This document shows positions 45,664-55,138 of a stretch of DNA of 64,000 bases, one piece after another. The stretch comes from Candidatus Altiarchaeota archaeon (lineage in GTDB: Archaea > Altiarchaeota > Altiarchaeia > IMC4 > SCGC-AAA252-I15), in contig JAZDNF010000008.1 of NCBI GenBank assembly GCA_043800255.1, forward strand, positions 92,622-156,621. Reading direction: 5' to 3'. The position numbers and the translations under genes are program-made. The notes beneath the pieces were generated by a model. That model was not told where the DNA came from and searched no databases. It worked only from the letters and a program-made list of their open reading frames with translations. Numbering within the stretch: position 1 is the stretch's first letter; each line of letters opens with the position of its first letter.

Positions 45664-46587
45664 TTAGAATTTCACCCCGCATACCATGCAGAGCAGTGCC
45701 ATCCTGACAGGTATGCCGTTTCTAGCCTGCTCGAAGTAGCGGGCATGTTTTGTGCCGTCAACCGACGTGTGGATTTCGTTAACCCTCGGCAGGGGGTGGA
45801 GGATGACGGCGTTCTTCTTAAGGTCTTTGATGTTTTCAGCATCCAGTATGAACGCGTCCTTCACCTTTTCGAATTCGATGGGGTCCGGGAACCGCTCCTT
45901 CTGTATTCTTGTGACATACAATACGTCAGAGTCCTTGACATCCAGCTGGCTCGCCTCCTTCACGTCTATCCCAATTTCTATGAGGTCCTTTGTGATCCTG
46001 CGGGGCATGCGCAGCTCCTTGGGGGATATGAACTTCAGGCTCACCTTGTATTGTTTGAGGGCTTCAGCCAGCGAGTGCACTGTTCTGCCGTATTTGAGGT
46101 CGCCGATCAGGGTAATGTTCAGGCCGTCTATGCCGCCGAACTCCTTCTTCAACGTGTACAAGTCCAACAGTGTCTGAGTCGGGTGCTGGTTGGCTCCGTC
46201 GCCGCCGTTGATCACGGGAACGTCAACATGCTCTGACACGAGACGTGCTGAGCCCTCCAGCTGGTTTCTCATCACGATAATGTCCGCGTATGCCGCGGCC
46301 ATCTTCGCAGTGTCAACGACGCTTTCGCCCTTCCCAACCGACGTCCCGGCGATCTCGTCAAAGCCTATCACAGACCCGCCGAGCCTCTCCATGGCGGCAC
46401 TGAATGACAGCCTGGTCCTGGTCGAAGGCTCGAAGAACAAGGTTGCGAGGATTCTGCCGTTCATCAGCCCATAAGCTTTGCCTGAAGCGAACAGCTTCTC
46501 CATCACGGCAGACCGCTCAAGAACATAGTCTATCTCAGCCCGGGAGAACTCCTTAATAGAGATGATATTCCGCTTAACCCACTTCAT
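45664..46587 (-). CDS. pyrB: Aspartate carbamoyltransferase catalytic subunit
   Basis: FFEPSTRT, HPTQTLLD, GDLKYGRTVHSL, HPLPR. Confidence 0.96.
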   Translation of the reverse strand: MKWVKRNIISIKEFSRAEIDYVLERSAVMEKLFASGKAYGLMNGRILATLFFEPSTRTRLSFSAAMERLGGSVIGFDEIAGTSVGKGESVVDTAKMAAAYADIIVMRNQLEGSARLVSEHVDVPVINGGDGANQHPTQTLLDLYTLKKEFGGIDGLNITLIGDLKYGRTVHSLAEALKQYKVSLKFISPKELRMPRRITKDLIEIGIDVKEASQLDVKDSDVLYVTRIQKERFPDPIEFEKVKDAFILDAENIKDLKKNAVILHPLPRVNEIHTSVDGTKHARYFEQARNGIPVRMALLCMVCGVKF

Positions 46588-46687
46588 CGGTATAGTAATG
46601 GTATTGAGGCATATAATAATCTCTCCGCTTACGGTTCGGTTAACCTATTGCAGGTAATTATAGAATCTCGCTTTTTACACCAAATAT

Positions 46688-46729
46688 CACTATTAGACGA
46701 ACATTTATCTCGCTTAATAGTTGTTAAGT
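46688..46729 (+). repeat. Degenerate attC-like hairpin ending in GTTRRRY core
   Basis: CTATTA...TAATAG stem followed by GTTAAGT (46723-46729), 88 nt before the GmrSD start. Confidence 0.4.
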
Positions 46730-46817
46730 GAAATAATTTCAGGGGCTAATGAAGGGGGGACATTTCTAAAAATATATTCAAAAGCTTTATAAAACTCATT
46801 TCAATATACCTATATTA

Positions 46818-48503
46818 ATGGACATTAAAGATAGAATAAAACCTAATCATTGGAAAATAGGCACATTTATTGATTTAGTTCGTAAACAAAAATACCAAAT
46901 ACCTACTTTTCAAAGAGAGTTTGAATGGAACCCTCCATCTATAAAAAAATTATGGGATAGTATAATAAGATATTATCCCGTTGGAACATTATTAATTTGG
47001 AAAACGGATATTAAACTTCACAAACATAGGAAGATAGGTGGATTTGCATTCTCAAAAGGAGAGGAACCAGATAAAGACTTTCAATATATATTAGATGGAC
47101 AACAAAGAACCACTTCTTTATTCGCATCATATGAAGGTTTAACCATAAATGATTTTAATTATACACTCTATTTTGACTTAACTCTCGAAGAAGATAATTT
47201 TTGTTTTCAGTCTGATGCAGAGAGACGTGTTGCTTTTAAAGACGGATTGATTGTGAAAGTTAAGGATATTGATGAAAATGAAGGAAAAATATCAGAATTG
47301 CTTGAAAAGAAATTTAATTATGATTCTATTGAACGAAACAATTTTAGAAAAATAAAAGAATGTCTTAGTAATTACCCAATCCTATTTACAGAAGTTCAGG
47401 GCATCCAAGTTAAAGAAGTATGTGAAATATTCCAAAGAATTAATCAAGAAGGAAAGAGATTGGATATTGTAGATATATTAGTAGCCAAAACTTATAGAGC
47501 TAAAGATGAAGATCCTAAAAAACCAAATGAGTTTTATTTACGAGAACTATTGAAACAATTAAAAAGTGAATTATACTTAGAATATCAAGATATTGATGAG
47601 TTATTGTTAATGCAGATTATTGCTTTACATATAAATAAAACCTTTCCAGATGCAGGGGTATCAAATATAACAGAGAGATATCTAGAAAAAATATCCGCCG
47701 AACAAATTGAAACTGTCTGGAACGATTCTGTAAAAGCAATAAAAGAAACAATAAGATTGTTTTCTGATAGATTAAACCTAAGAGGTTCAAAAATAATTCC
47801 TTATAACTACTTATATATCCCTATCGGGTATTATTTTTATCAAAATAATAATCCTGATTATGAGTTTGTAAAGCAGTGGTTTTGGAGAACTTGTTTTGAT
47901 ACTGAAAGGTATAGTAGAACTAATCAGGTTTTGGAATATTGTAACCTGTTTGAACAGTTAAAAAATGGTATTTCCATCAATATTAAACCGCTAACATTAA
48001 ACAAGCAGAAATTTAAAACATTATCTTATAACTTCAGAAATGCTTATGCTAATGCAGTAATCTCTTTTTACGCTTATCTAGGACCTTTGGATTTCGAAGA
48101 TTCAGATTTAGAAGTTTTAAAAACAGTATATTTGACGTTAGGAGATAAACCAAATTTGCATCATATTTTTCCTAGAAAATTCCTAGAACCCTTAGAAGAA
48201 AAAAATGAAATAAAATATAGCAGAGACTGTCTTATGAACATATGTTATTTAACACAAAAGACTAACCTAACAATAAGTGATGATTCTCCTGAGAATTATT
48301 TTAAATTATTTGCTCAAAAAAATCCGAAAATCAAGGATGCTCTTTTAAGCCATTTAATCCCTGAAAGTTTATTAGATTTGAATAATTTTTCTGGCAAGGA
48401 TTATGAGAGTTTTATTGATAATAGGACAGATGAACTTATTGAAAAAATTAAAGAGAAATTAGATAAAGTTAAAGTAACTATAATAGATGAACCAGAACAA
48501 TAA
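46818..48503 (+). CDS. GmrSD-family (DUF262 + HNH-like) modification-dependent restriction protein
   Basis: IPTFQREFEW, YPVGTLLIW, LDGQQRTTS, FQRINQEG, C-terminal HHIFP...NICYL...N; very AT-rich. Confidence 0.88.
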   Translation: MDIKDRIKPNHWKIGTFIDLVRKQKYQIPTFQREFEWNPPSIKKLWDSIIRYYPVGTLLIWKTDIKLHKHRKIGGFAFSKGEEPDKDFQYILDGQQRTTSLFASYEGLTINDFNYTLYFDLTLEEDNFCFQSDAERRVAFKDGLIVKVKDIDENEGKISELLEKKFNYDSIERNNFRKIKECLSNYPILFTEVQGIQVKEVCEIFQRINQEGKRLDIVDILVAKTYRAKDEDPKKPNEFYLRELLKQLKSELYLEYQDIDELLLMQIIALHINKTFPDAGVSNITERYLEKISAEQIETVWNDSVKAIKETIRLFSDRLNLRGSKIIPYNYLYIPIGYYFYQNNNPDYEFVKQWFWRTCFDTERYSRTNQVLEYCNLFEQLKNGISINIKPLTLNKQKFKTLSYNFRNAYANAVISFYAYLGPLDFEDSDLEVLKTVYLTLGDKPNLHHIFPRKFLEPLEEKNEIKYSRDCLMNICYLTQKTNLTISDDSPENYFKLFAQKNPKIKDALLSHLIPESLLDLNNFSGKDYESFIDNRTDELIEKIKEKLDKVKVTIIDEPEQ

Positions 48504-48770
48504 TAAAGAAATGTCCCCTTTAATATTTATTCTTGATTTACGCTTCGCTCATTTGATGGAACGCTCTCTTTCTCGACTTTGAATTTTTACTCCGCTTCGC
48601 TCCGACCCCGCTGCGCTCTCGCTTCACTTCGTTACGCTCGGGACACATAACAAGGGATATACGGTTCGGGGCTCGGCTCACCCCCCACACAAATTTTGCC
48701 CCATAACTCTGAGTTATTCTACCGCTACGATCACCCAATCATTGTCTTCTTTTACAAAGCCCCAGAAAAC

Positions 48771-49109
48771 CTAGTAATTAAACCTTCTTTCATACTCTTT
48801 GTGAGTCATCCATTCAAGAATGATGCTTAAAATCATCACCTCATCTGTTTTGATTGTATAAATCAATCTCCAACCGCTTGGCAAATCATATTTCCATAAA
48901 TTTGTAATTCCATAAGTCTTAATGTAAAGTTTAGGCCATAATCTTTTAGGTACTTTAATAGCGCAACTGGGATCATCTTTTATCTTTTTTCTTGCCTCAT
49001 TTATCTGTTCATATAATTTTTTATCTTGGAATTTCCCTTCTTTTAACTTTTCAAAAGCATCTTCTAATCTTTTATCTCTAAACGCAACAAATTTAGGCTT
49101 GTCATTCAT
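48771..49109 (-). CDS. RelE/ParE-like toxin
   Basis: ITNLWKYDLPSGWRLIYTI...ILEWMTHKEYERRF; basic 112 aa, translationally coupled to the upstream gene. Confidence 0.7.
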   Translation of the reverse strand: MNDKPKFVAFRDKRLEDAFEKLKEGKFQDKKLYEQINEARKKIKDDPSCAIKVPKRLWPKLYIKTYGITNLWKYDLPSGWRLIYTIKTDEVMILSIILEWMTHKEYERRFNY

Positions 49110-49372
49110 ATTAATTTAACTCCTTTTGAGATCAATTTTTTTATCCCTTCAGGATCATAGGTCCAGATTATACGGCCGTCTTTGTCTATTAAAATCTTAC
49201 CAGAATTCTCTAAATAATCCAAAATTACATGAAAAGTTTGATACATCATTTTCTTTGGCAATTTTTTCCATAACTGATACCTTCCACATTCTTGGCTGTA
49301 TTTTTGTATAGTTTTCTCTACCATTATCACAGATTCTAATGTTGGACTATGTAGAACAGTTGTTTGTCGCAT
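49106..49372 (-). CDS. Putative antitoxin / winged-helix protein
   Basis: SPTLESVIMVEKTI...LWKKLPKKMMYQTFHVILDYLENSGKI; ATGA overlap with toxin; palindromic AT-rich promoter 49373-49410. Confidence 0.65.
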   Translation of the reverse strand: MRQTTVLHSPTLESVIMVEKTIQKYSQECGRYQLWKKLPKKMMYQTFHVILDYLENSGKILIDKDGRIIWTYDPEGIKKLISKGVKLI

Positions 49373-49630
49373 CTTATATAACTATATATAATAACTTATA
49401 TATAAACTTAACGGTTTTCTGGGGCTAAAATTTATCTTTTTTAGGTGGTCTTCGCTTATCAAGTCAGAATTAATAAGGGGCAAAACTTCGTTGAATGCCG
49501 ATGTTAAAATCAATTTTCCAGTATCTGTGGTTGGAAGAGTTGCTCAAACAGGATACTGTGGACTTGCATCCCTATTGGGGGAGTATAACACTAAATTCGA
49601 CATTAAGCTAGCAGAGCCTTGCTCAGACCG

Positions 49631-51328
49631 TTAGAGCAGCAGGAATCGCATTATTCCGCCGACTGTGAAGGTTACTAGTATCATCAGCATCACCGCTTTT
49701 GCCATGTCTTTTATTCCCAGTTCCTTGGTGAGGACTGTGAACGTCGCCACGCATGGGAAATAGATTGAGAGTATCGTGCACGCTACCACAAGCTGCATCG
49801 CGCTCAAGCCCAGGGGTGCGAGCATGCCGATTGCAACATCCTTCCTGAGGAAGCCTACTATCAGGGCGATTACCGCCTCATTCGGCAGGCCGAACCACGT
49901 GGAGAGGAACGGCCCGAATGCTCTTGCGAAGAGGTCGACTATGCCCAGAACATACAGAATGTTAACCGCCAGCACTCCCAGGAGCACATACGGGATGGCA
50001 TCTTTGATGAAATATTCCACCCTAACCCATGTCTTCCTCACCAGCGTCTGCAGTTTAGGCCTCCTGTAGGGGGGAATCTCCAGCAGCAGCTCAGGGCTCT
50101 CGCCCGGTATGAGCCTGTTCAATATCAAGCCTAATGTGACGTATAGTATCGCCAGCGTTGCGTAGACGATTGCAACATATTTGATTCCGAATCTCATGAG
50201 AAGCCCCAGGATTACGGCATTCTTTGCTATGCAGGGGATGCAGATGGCCATCAGCGTCGCGGCGATGAACCGCTGTTTTCTGGTCTCCATTATGCGGGTT
50301 GCAAGCGCCCCAGGCACGTTGCAGCCGAGGCCGAGCATCGCAGGCACTATCGCGGAGCCGTGCAACCCTATCCTGTGCATCATGCTGTCTGCCAGCGTCG
50401 CAAGCCTGGGCAGATAGCCTATGTCCTCCAGCAGGCTGAGCACAAAATAGAAGAGGATGACGAATGGTAGCGTCATATCCAGCGAAACATAGACTGCTGT
50501 CGTGAGAACGCCCAACGATTCTGTGAATTTGCCTCCTGAGCCTATCAGGATCTCGCGAACGATGCCGGACGGGAAAAAGCTCTCCACGGTTCCTGTTATG
50601 AACGGCCCATAAATGTTGTAGAAGAATGGATCTAGTATGTGTCCTATGACCCAGTTCCCAACGGAGACGATTGTGCTGAATACCAAAAACATTACGATAA
50701 ATGCGATTGGAATCCCTGGGATAGGTTTTATCGTCGCGTCCTCCAGAGACTCCCACAGAGTGTGATGCCTGTGCTCCACGGTCTGAACCTCCTTGGTTAT
50801 CAAGCCTATATCGCTCCACCGCTCATCCTCAGAGTGCTTCTTTATTTTTGGGCCTCTGGCCTCCGAAAGCCTTTCGGACAGCTCCTTCATGCCTTCTCCG
50901 GTAATCGCGACGGTCGGCACAACCGGGACGCCGAGCATCTCCTCCAGCTTCTTAACGTCCACTGTTATGCCAAGATGCCTTGTGTCGTCCCACATGTTCA
51001 GTGCAACAATCATGGGTTTCCCGGTCTCCAGCAGCTCCAGTGTGAGATAGAGGTTGCGCTCCAAGTTTGTCGCATCAACGACGTTTATGATTACGTCACC
51101 CTCTTTTAGCATCTCAGATGCTATCTCCTCAGCCCTGTTCCTGGCGTCCAGCGAATAGGTTCCTGGGACGTCTATCAATTCCACCTTCCTGCTCCCATAG
51201 ATCATATGGCCCGTGCAGTAGGAGACGGTCGTCCCAGGATAGTTGGAGCACATAACCTGCACTCCAGTAAGCCTTGAGAAGAGAACGCTCTTCCCGACGT
51301 TGGGATTCCCCATAAGCAGTATTTTCAT
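49631..51328 (-). CDS. feoB: Ferrous iron transporter B
   Basis: GNPNVGKS, NYPGTTV, DVPGTYS, NMWD, LEDIGYLPR, GLGCNVP, YFPCVAT. Confidence 0.95.
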   Translation of the reverse strand: MKILLMGNPNVGKSVLFSRLTGVQVMCSNYPGTTVSYCTGHMIYGSRKVELIDVPGTYSLDARNRAEEIASEMLKEGDVIINVVDATNLERNLYLTLELLETGKPMIVALNMWDDTRHLGITVDVKKLEEMLGVPVVPTVAITGEGMKELSERLSEARGPKIKKHSEDERWSDIGLITKEVQTVEHRHHTLWESLEDATIKPIPGIPIAFIVMFLVFSTIVSVGNWVIGHILDPFFYNIYGPFITGTVESFFPSGIVREILIGSGGKFTESLGVLTTAVYVSLDMTLPFVILFYFVLSLLEDIGYLPRLATLADSMMHRIGLHGSAIVPAMLGLGCNVPGALATRIMETRKQRFIAATLMAICIPCIAKNAVILGLLMRFGIKYVAIVYATLAILYVTLGLILNRLIPGESPELLLEIPPYRRPKLQTLVRKTWVRVEYFIKDAIPYVLLGVLAVNILYVLGIVDLFARAFGPFLSTWFGLPNEAVIALIVGFLRKDVAIGMLAPLGLSAMQLVVACTILSIYFPCVATFTVLTKELGIKDMAKAVMLMILVTFTVGGIMRFLLL

Positions 51329-52209
51329 ATCGCGTATATCACCACATAGCCTCCCTTGTCGTAGGCGTGCAGCAGGCCAACCCTTAGTTTCTCAACGTGA
51401 GTCATGTTTTCGGTGTTGACTTCTATGTCTTCGACGATTTTTCCGTTAGGCAGGATGACGTCAATCTTCGCCCTGTCGCTTCCTCGCTCAGTGAGCTTGA
51501 ACTCGTAGTTGTTCCACCACCGCCTGCAGAAGCCTGTCAGGTTCGTGTTGCAGCGCGGGCCTCCAAGGGAGAGGACTGCAGAGCCTTTTAGTATCTCCCT
51601 GGCTGCTGGGTCCTCTTTCACGTATATCGTGAGGTTGCCGGACTTGTTATCATAGGATAGTATCTTGAACATGAGCTCATCCGCATACCCTGTGTCGTTT
51701 ATGTCAAGGAGCCGGTAGTCGAGCCTGCCTGCAGTCCCTCTCAACGCCAGCATGTAGGATTCGCCGGGACACAGGTAGTGGAAGTAGCTCGCAGTCCTCG
51801 GCCAACCCTTAGCGCCGGGACACGTCACGTTAGTCGCCCTGGGACCGTCGAACTTGAACCAGAAGTTGCTTTCCCTGTAACGGATGTATTCCCCAGACAG
51901 GTTCATGATCTCACAGTTGCCGCAGAGCCTGCTGCAGTCAACCTCCGCCTCGCCATAGTTTTTTACGCCGTCAGAGCAGGGATGGATCGTAGTGGTTGTC
52001 AGTATCGTAGTGGTATACTCCGGTATCATTATGCTGCTTACGGTGATAGGCGGAGGTATCACAGTCGTCAGTTCAACGTATGTCGGCCCCTCAAGCGTTG
52101 TCGTGGTGGTTTGCGGCTTCAAAGATGTCGTAGTCTCATCCTCTCCAAGGATTCCTGTGCAACCTGAAAGGGAGATCATCGCAACCATCAGCAGGAGAGC
52201 GTATTTCAT
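51325..52209 (-). CDS. Putative surface lipoprotein with Thr-rich linker and Cys motifs, within the feo operon
   Basis: MKYALLLMVAMISLSGC lipobox, TTTTT tracts, CSDGVKNYGEAEVDC; 4-nt overlaps with both neighbours. Confidence 0.7.
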   Translation of the reverse strand: MKYALLLMVAMISLSGCTGILGEDETTTSLKPQTTTTTLEGPTYVELTTVIPPPITVSSIMIPEYTTTILTTTTIHPCSDGVKNYGEAEVDCSRLCGNCEIMNLSGEYIRYRESNFWFKFDGPRATNVTCPGAKGWPRTASYFHYLCPGESYMLALRGTAGRLDYRLLDINDTGYADELMFKILSYDNKSGNLTIYVKEDPAAREILKGSAVLSLGGPRCNTNLTGFCRRWWNNYEFKLTERGSDRAKIDVILPNGKIVEDIEVNTENMTHVEKLRVGLLHAYDKGGYVVIYAI

Positions 52210-52847
52210 GTTCCCACCAGGATCTTAGAGGCCATCCCACGGCCTAATGTTATTTTCATGTTGTCGATTTTGATCACAAGAGGCCCCCCGGCAGGCTCGC
52301 GGGCAATCACCTTGACCATCTTGCCCTCCCTTATGCCCATATTCTTAAGGTTGGACTGCAGCCCGATTCCCCCGCCTATTTTCAGCACCTTCACGGAATT
52401 TCCGGGTTTAACGTTCAGGAGGTGCAGTTCACTAACATTGCTGGCGACTCCGGGTATCGGCTTCCTGTCGTCCGGGCATTCAACAGGATGGTCCATCAGT
52501 CTATCCAACGCATCTGCAGACTCGTCGGAGAGGCCGTGCTCCAGCCTGCAGGCTTCAGGGTGAACTTTAGCCTTCCCTATGCCGAGGACGTCATGGAGGA
52601 ACCTTTCGAGAAGCCTGTGCTTCCTCTTGATTTTTCTGGCGTGCCTTTCCCCTTTTCTGGTAAGCTCAGCGCCCTTATAGGGCGAATACTTCAGGAAACC
52701 ATCTCCGTCCAGCTTCTTGAGCATCTCCGTGACGCTGGCAGGGCTGACATTCAGCTTACTGGCTATCTCAGAAGTCGTTGCAGGCTTACCCTGCTCCTCA
52801 AGGGAGTATATGGCCTCCAGGTACTCCTCCTTGTTCTCTTCGAGCAT
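52206..52847 (-). CDS. DtxR/MntR-family metal-dependent repressor with C-terminal FeoA domain
   Basis: EEYLEAIY, VSPASVTEMLKKL, RKHRLLERFL, EACRLEH; FeoA-like NMGIREGK...GPLVIKI...LGRGMASKI. Confidence 0.92.
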   Translation of the reverse strand: MLEENKEEYLEAIYSLEEQGKPATTSEIASKLNVSPASVTEMLKKLDGDGFLKYSPYKGAELTRKGERHARKIKRKHRLLERFLHDVLGIGKAKVHPEACRLEHGLSDESADALDRLMDHPVECPDDRKPIPGVASNVSELHLLNVKPGNSVKVLKIGGGIGLQSNLKNMGIREGKMVKVIAREPAGGPLVIKIDNMKITLGRGMASKILVGT

Positions 52848-52878
52848 GGATATACTATCTGAACCTGGGTTTAAAAAT

Positions 52879-52896
52879 ATTTAGGCACGCCTAAAT
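52879..52896. promoter_or_regulatory. Putative DtxR/MntR-type operator
   Basis: Palindrome ATTTAGGC-AC-GCCTAAAT next to TATA-like TTTAAA (~52870-52875) upstream of the repressor gene. Confidence 0.75.
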
Positions 52897-53669
52897 TTGC
52901 GCTCTTTTCTGTAATGGACAGCAAGGATGAGAAGTCCGGCCAGAACCCCGAAAACAACAATAAACTTAGAGGCACGCTCAACATAATACCACGCCCATCT
53001 GCCGCCAACCCGCTCAGAAGGCTCCCTGGCTGGCTGATTCCACTGGAAAACCCAACCACCAATTTCCACAGCATCTGAAAAGCTTATGCTACTGCCTGAC
53101 AGCTCAACATCATAGGGAGAAACCCTCTCACCGGCATCTGAAGGGGAATATGCTCCTGAGAGCAGCCCCTTCAGGACATCATCAGACGCGTTCTCGTCAG
53201 ACTGCCGTATGAGAACAGCATCCCCACGCCATATTTTAGGCCTGCCAGGCAGTGCATTCAAATCTAAACCCCCAAAGGGGAAGACGCCATCGGTTAAAGT
53301 GCATGGAGAGCCAGATGCAAGTCTCTCTGCTATGCCCTCTTCCAAAGTGGAGAGGATAGGACCATCACCTGAAACAGAATAACCATTTTCCCACAGCAGT
53401 TGGGGGATGCCAGCGCCAGCCAATCCAGCCTGATTGTAACCTCTGATAACCTCAACATTCTCCTTAGCCTTGTAAACCTCATACTCGACTACGACAACCT
53501 GGCTGTATTTTAGCGGAATCTCACCCAAAAGTGTGGGGTCAACCTCCGCACAGTGCGGACACCCTACCCCGGAAAAATAGATAACACAGATTACGTCAGA
53601 CCCTTCCGCAAAAACCGGCTGAAGGCTGAACAGCAACACTAGTAACAAATAATATCCAACTTTCTTCAT
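52881..53669 (-). CDS. Exported thioredoxin-like (CPHC) protein with C-terminal TM anchor
   Basis: Signal peptide MKKVGYYLLLVLL, YFSGVGCPHC, GIPQ, C-terminal TM. Confidence 0.7.
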   Translation of the reverse strand: MKKVGYYLLLVLLFSLQPVFAEGSDVICVIYFSGVGCPHCAEVDPTLLGEIPLKYSQVVVVEYEVYKAKENVEVIRGYNQAGLAGAGIPQLLWENGYSVSGDGPILSTLEEGIAERLASGSPCTLTDGVFPFGGLDLNALPGRPKIWRGDAVLIRQSDENASDDVLKGLLSGAYSPSDAGERVSPYDVELSGSSISFSDAVEIGGWVFQWNQPAREPSERVGGRWAWYYVERASKFIVVFGVLAGLLILAVHYRKERKFRRA

Positions 53670-53713
53670 AATCCGCTTAAGTTTTACGTTTACTAGAGAA
53701 TATATTCTAGAGA

Positions 53714-55099
53714 ATGGAGAAAAAGCGCTACTATGCGATGGCAATCGTGGTACTTTACCTGCTTCCCGCATTCGTCACCATAATACCCCCTGGATCACAG
53801 TACAATCCCACCAGCAAAATTGCAATAGACGTTCACCGGCCGTACATTTTCTCCGGCGACGAGCCCCACTACCTCGTCATGGTAGACAGCATCATAAGAG
53901 ACAGAGACCTCAGGGTTAGGAATAACTACCAGATTGCAGCAGAAAGCCATGTAAAAACAAAATACCATCCCTTCTTTATAACACTTGAGGACTATCACAC
54001 ATCAGAAGAAAATCTGGACTACTCTTTCCACCCGTATATAATACCCTTTCTAGCATCATTGGTACTCTGGCCGTTTTACTTGGTACATCAACTGGAAGCA
54101 GGAGCAGTATTATTATCAATAGCAGTCTCCATTATGGGAGTCTATTATACGTACAAACTGCTTAACCATTTTGATAAACATAATGCAATGCTGATAACGG
54201 TAGCCATCGCGCTGGGAACGCCTATTTTAAACTACTCAAAAACCTTCTTCAAAGAGCCATATTTGCTGGCATTCTTATCCTTATCTTACTATGTCTTCTT
54301 CGCCAAAAAAAGGAATCTTATCGCTGGAATCCTTATAGGAATTTGCTTCCTAACCAGACCAGTTTACCTGGTCTTTTCTCTCCTGATTTTTGAAAGGATT
54401 GCGAGAAAAGATTATAACGGAGGGTTAAATTTCATCTTGCCGATTGCGGCGAGTGTTCTTATCTTACTGCTCTCCAACTATGTTACCTACGGCAACGTCT
54501 ACGCAAGATATGGCGTATTCTTCAAAACTTCGTTCCTTAGGGGGATACCATTTTTTCTGATACTTGTCGGAGCAATTTTTTATATTCCAACATTATTCAG
54601 GAACAGGCTAAAAGATTTTACTGAGTTCTATAGCAGAAATCACCTATACGTACATATCCTTCTATTCATCTTCACAGTGATATGGATAGTAAACGTTGAG
54701 GGCCTGAGAACCATGTTATTATCCGCTAGAAAAGGCTTACTGGTCTACTCTCCTTTCGCAGTATTCTCCCTGTTTGGATTAGTTGACCTACAGTACACTG
54801 ATAGACAAATTTCAAAGTACATAGCAGTACCGACAATATTGTATGTTATACTGCTTTCATATGTACACTTCGATACAGGATACTCGTTTTCGTCCAGATT
54901 CATGGTGCCAATTCTGCCACTCCTGTCGATTAACTTGCTGTACTGGTATAGGGATAGGGGAACCTACATGAAAGCGATGTTCATCATGTTAGTAGCAGCC
55001 TCAATTACAATAAACATTTTAGCAGCATTCACGTACCAGGCTGCAGTATGGGATAGGACACCAATCGAGGTGATATTTAGCTTTATTGAGAATAAGTAG
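53714..55099 (+). CDS. Polytopic GT-C-type glycosyltransferase-like membrane protein
   Basis: GDEPHY motif after first TM, ~11 TMs, GLLVYSP and SRFMVPILP motifs. Confidence 0.65.
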   Translation: MEKKRYYAMAIVVLYLLPAFVTIIPPGSQYNPTSKIAIDVHRPYIFSGDEPHYLVMVDSIIRDRDLRVRNNYQIAAESHVKTKYHPFFITLEDYHTSEENLDYSFHPYIIPFLASLVLWPFYLVHQLEAGAVLLSIAVSIMGVYYTYKLLNHFDKHNAMLITVAIALGTPILNYSKTFFKEPYLLAFLSLSYYVFFAKKRNLIAGILIGICFLTRPVYLVFSLLIFERIARKDYNGGLNFILPIAASVLILLLSNYVTYGNVYARYGVFFKTSFLRGIPFFLILVGAIFYIPTLFRNRLKDFTEFYSRNHLYVHILLFIFTVIWIVNVEGLRTMLLSARKGLLVYSPFAVFSLFGLVDLQYTDRQISKYIAVPTILYVILLSYVHFDTGYSFSSRFMVPILPLLSINLLYWYRDRGTYMKAMFIMLVAASITINILAAFTYQAAVWDRTPIEVIFSFIENK

Positions 55100-55138
55100 C
55101 CCCAGATATATAGTCGCACCTAAACAATTATAACGGAC

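Larger units (their letters stand above)
48541..49509. repeat. attC-like / long imperfect inverted repeat enclosing a TA operon
   Basis: CGCTTCGCTC hairpins 48541-48640; ACATAAC 48645-48651; TTTTGCCCC 48694-48702 vs GGGGCAAAA 49477-49485; perfect 14-bp IR AGCCCCAGAAAACC 48758-48771 / GGTTTTCTGGGGCT 49413-49426; GTTAAAA 49503-49509. Confidence 0.65.

Noticed and set aside
48538-48738. 66-aa minus-strand ORF
   Set aside because: Translates the CGCTTCGCTC hairpin / attC-like region; no coding features
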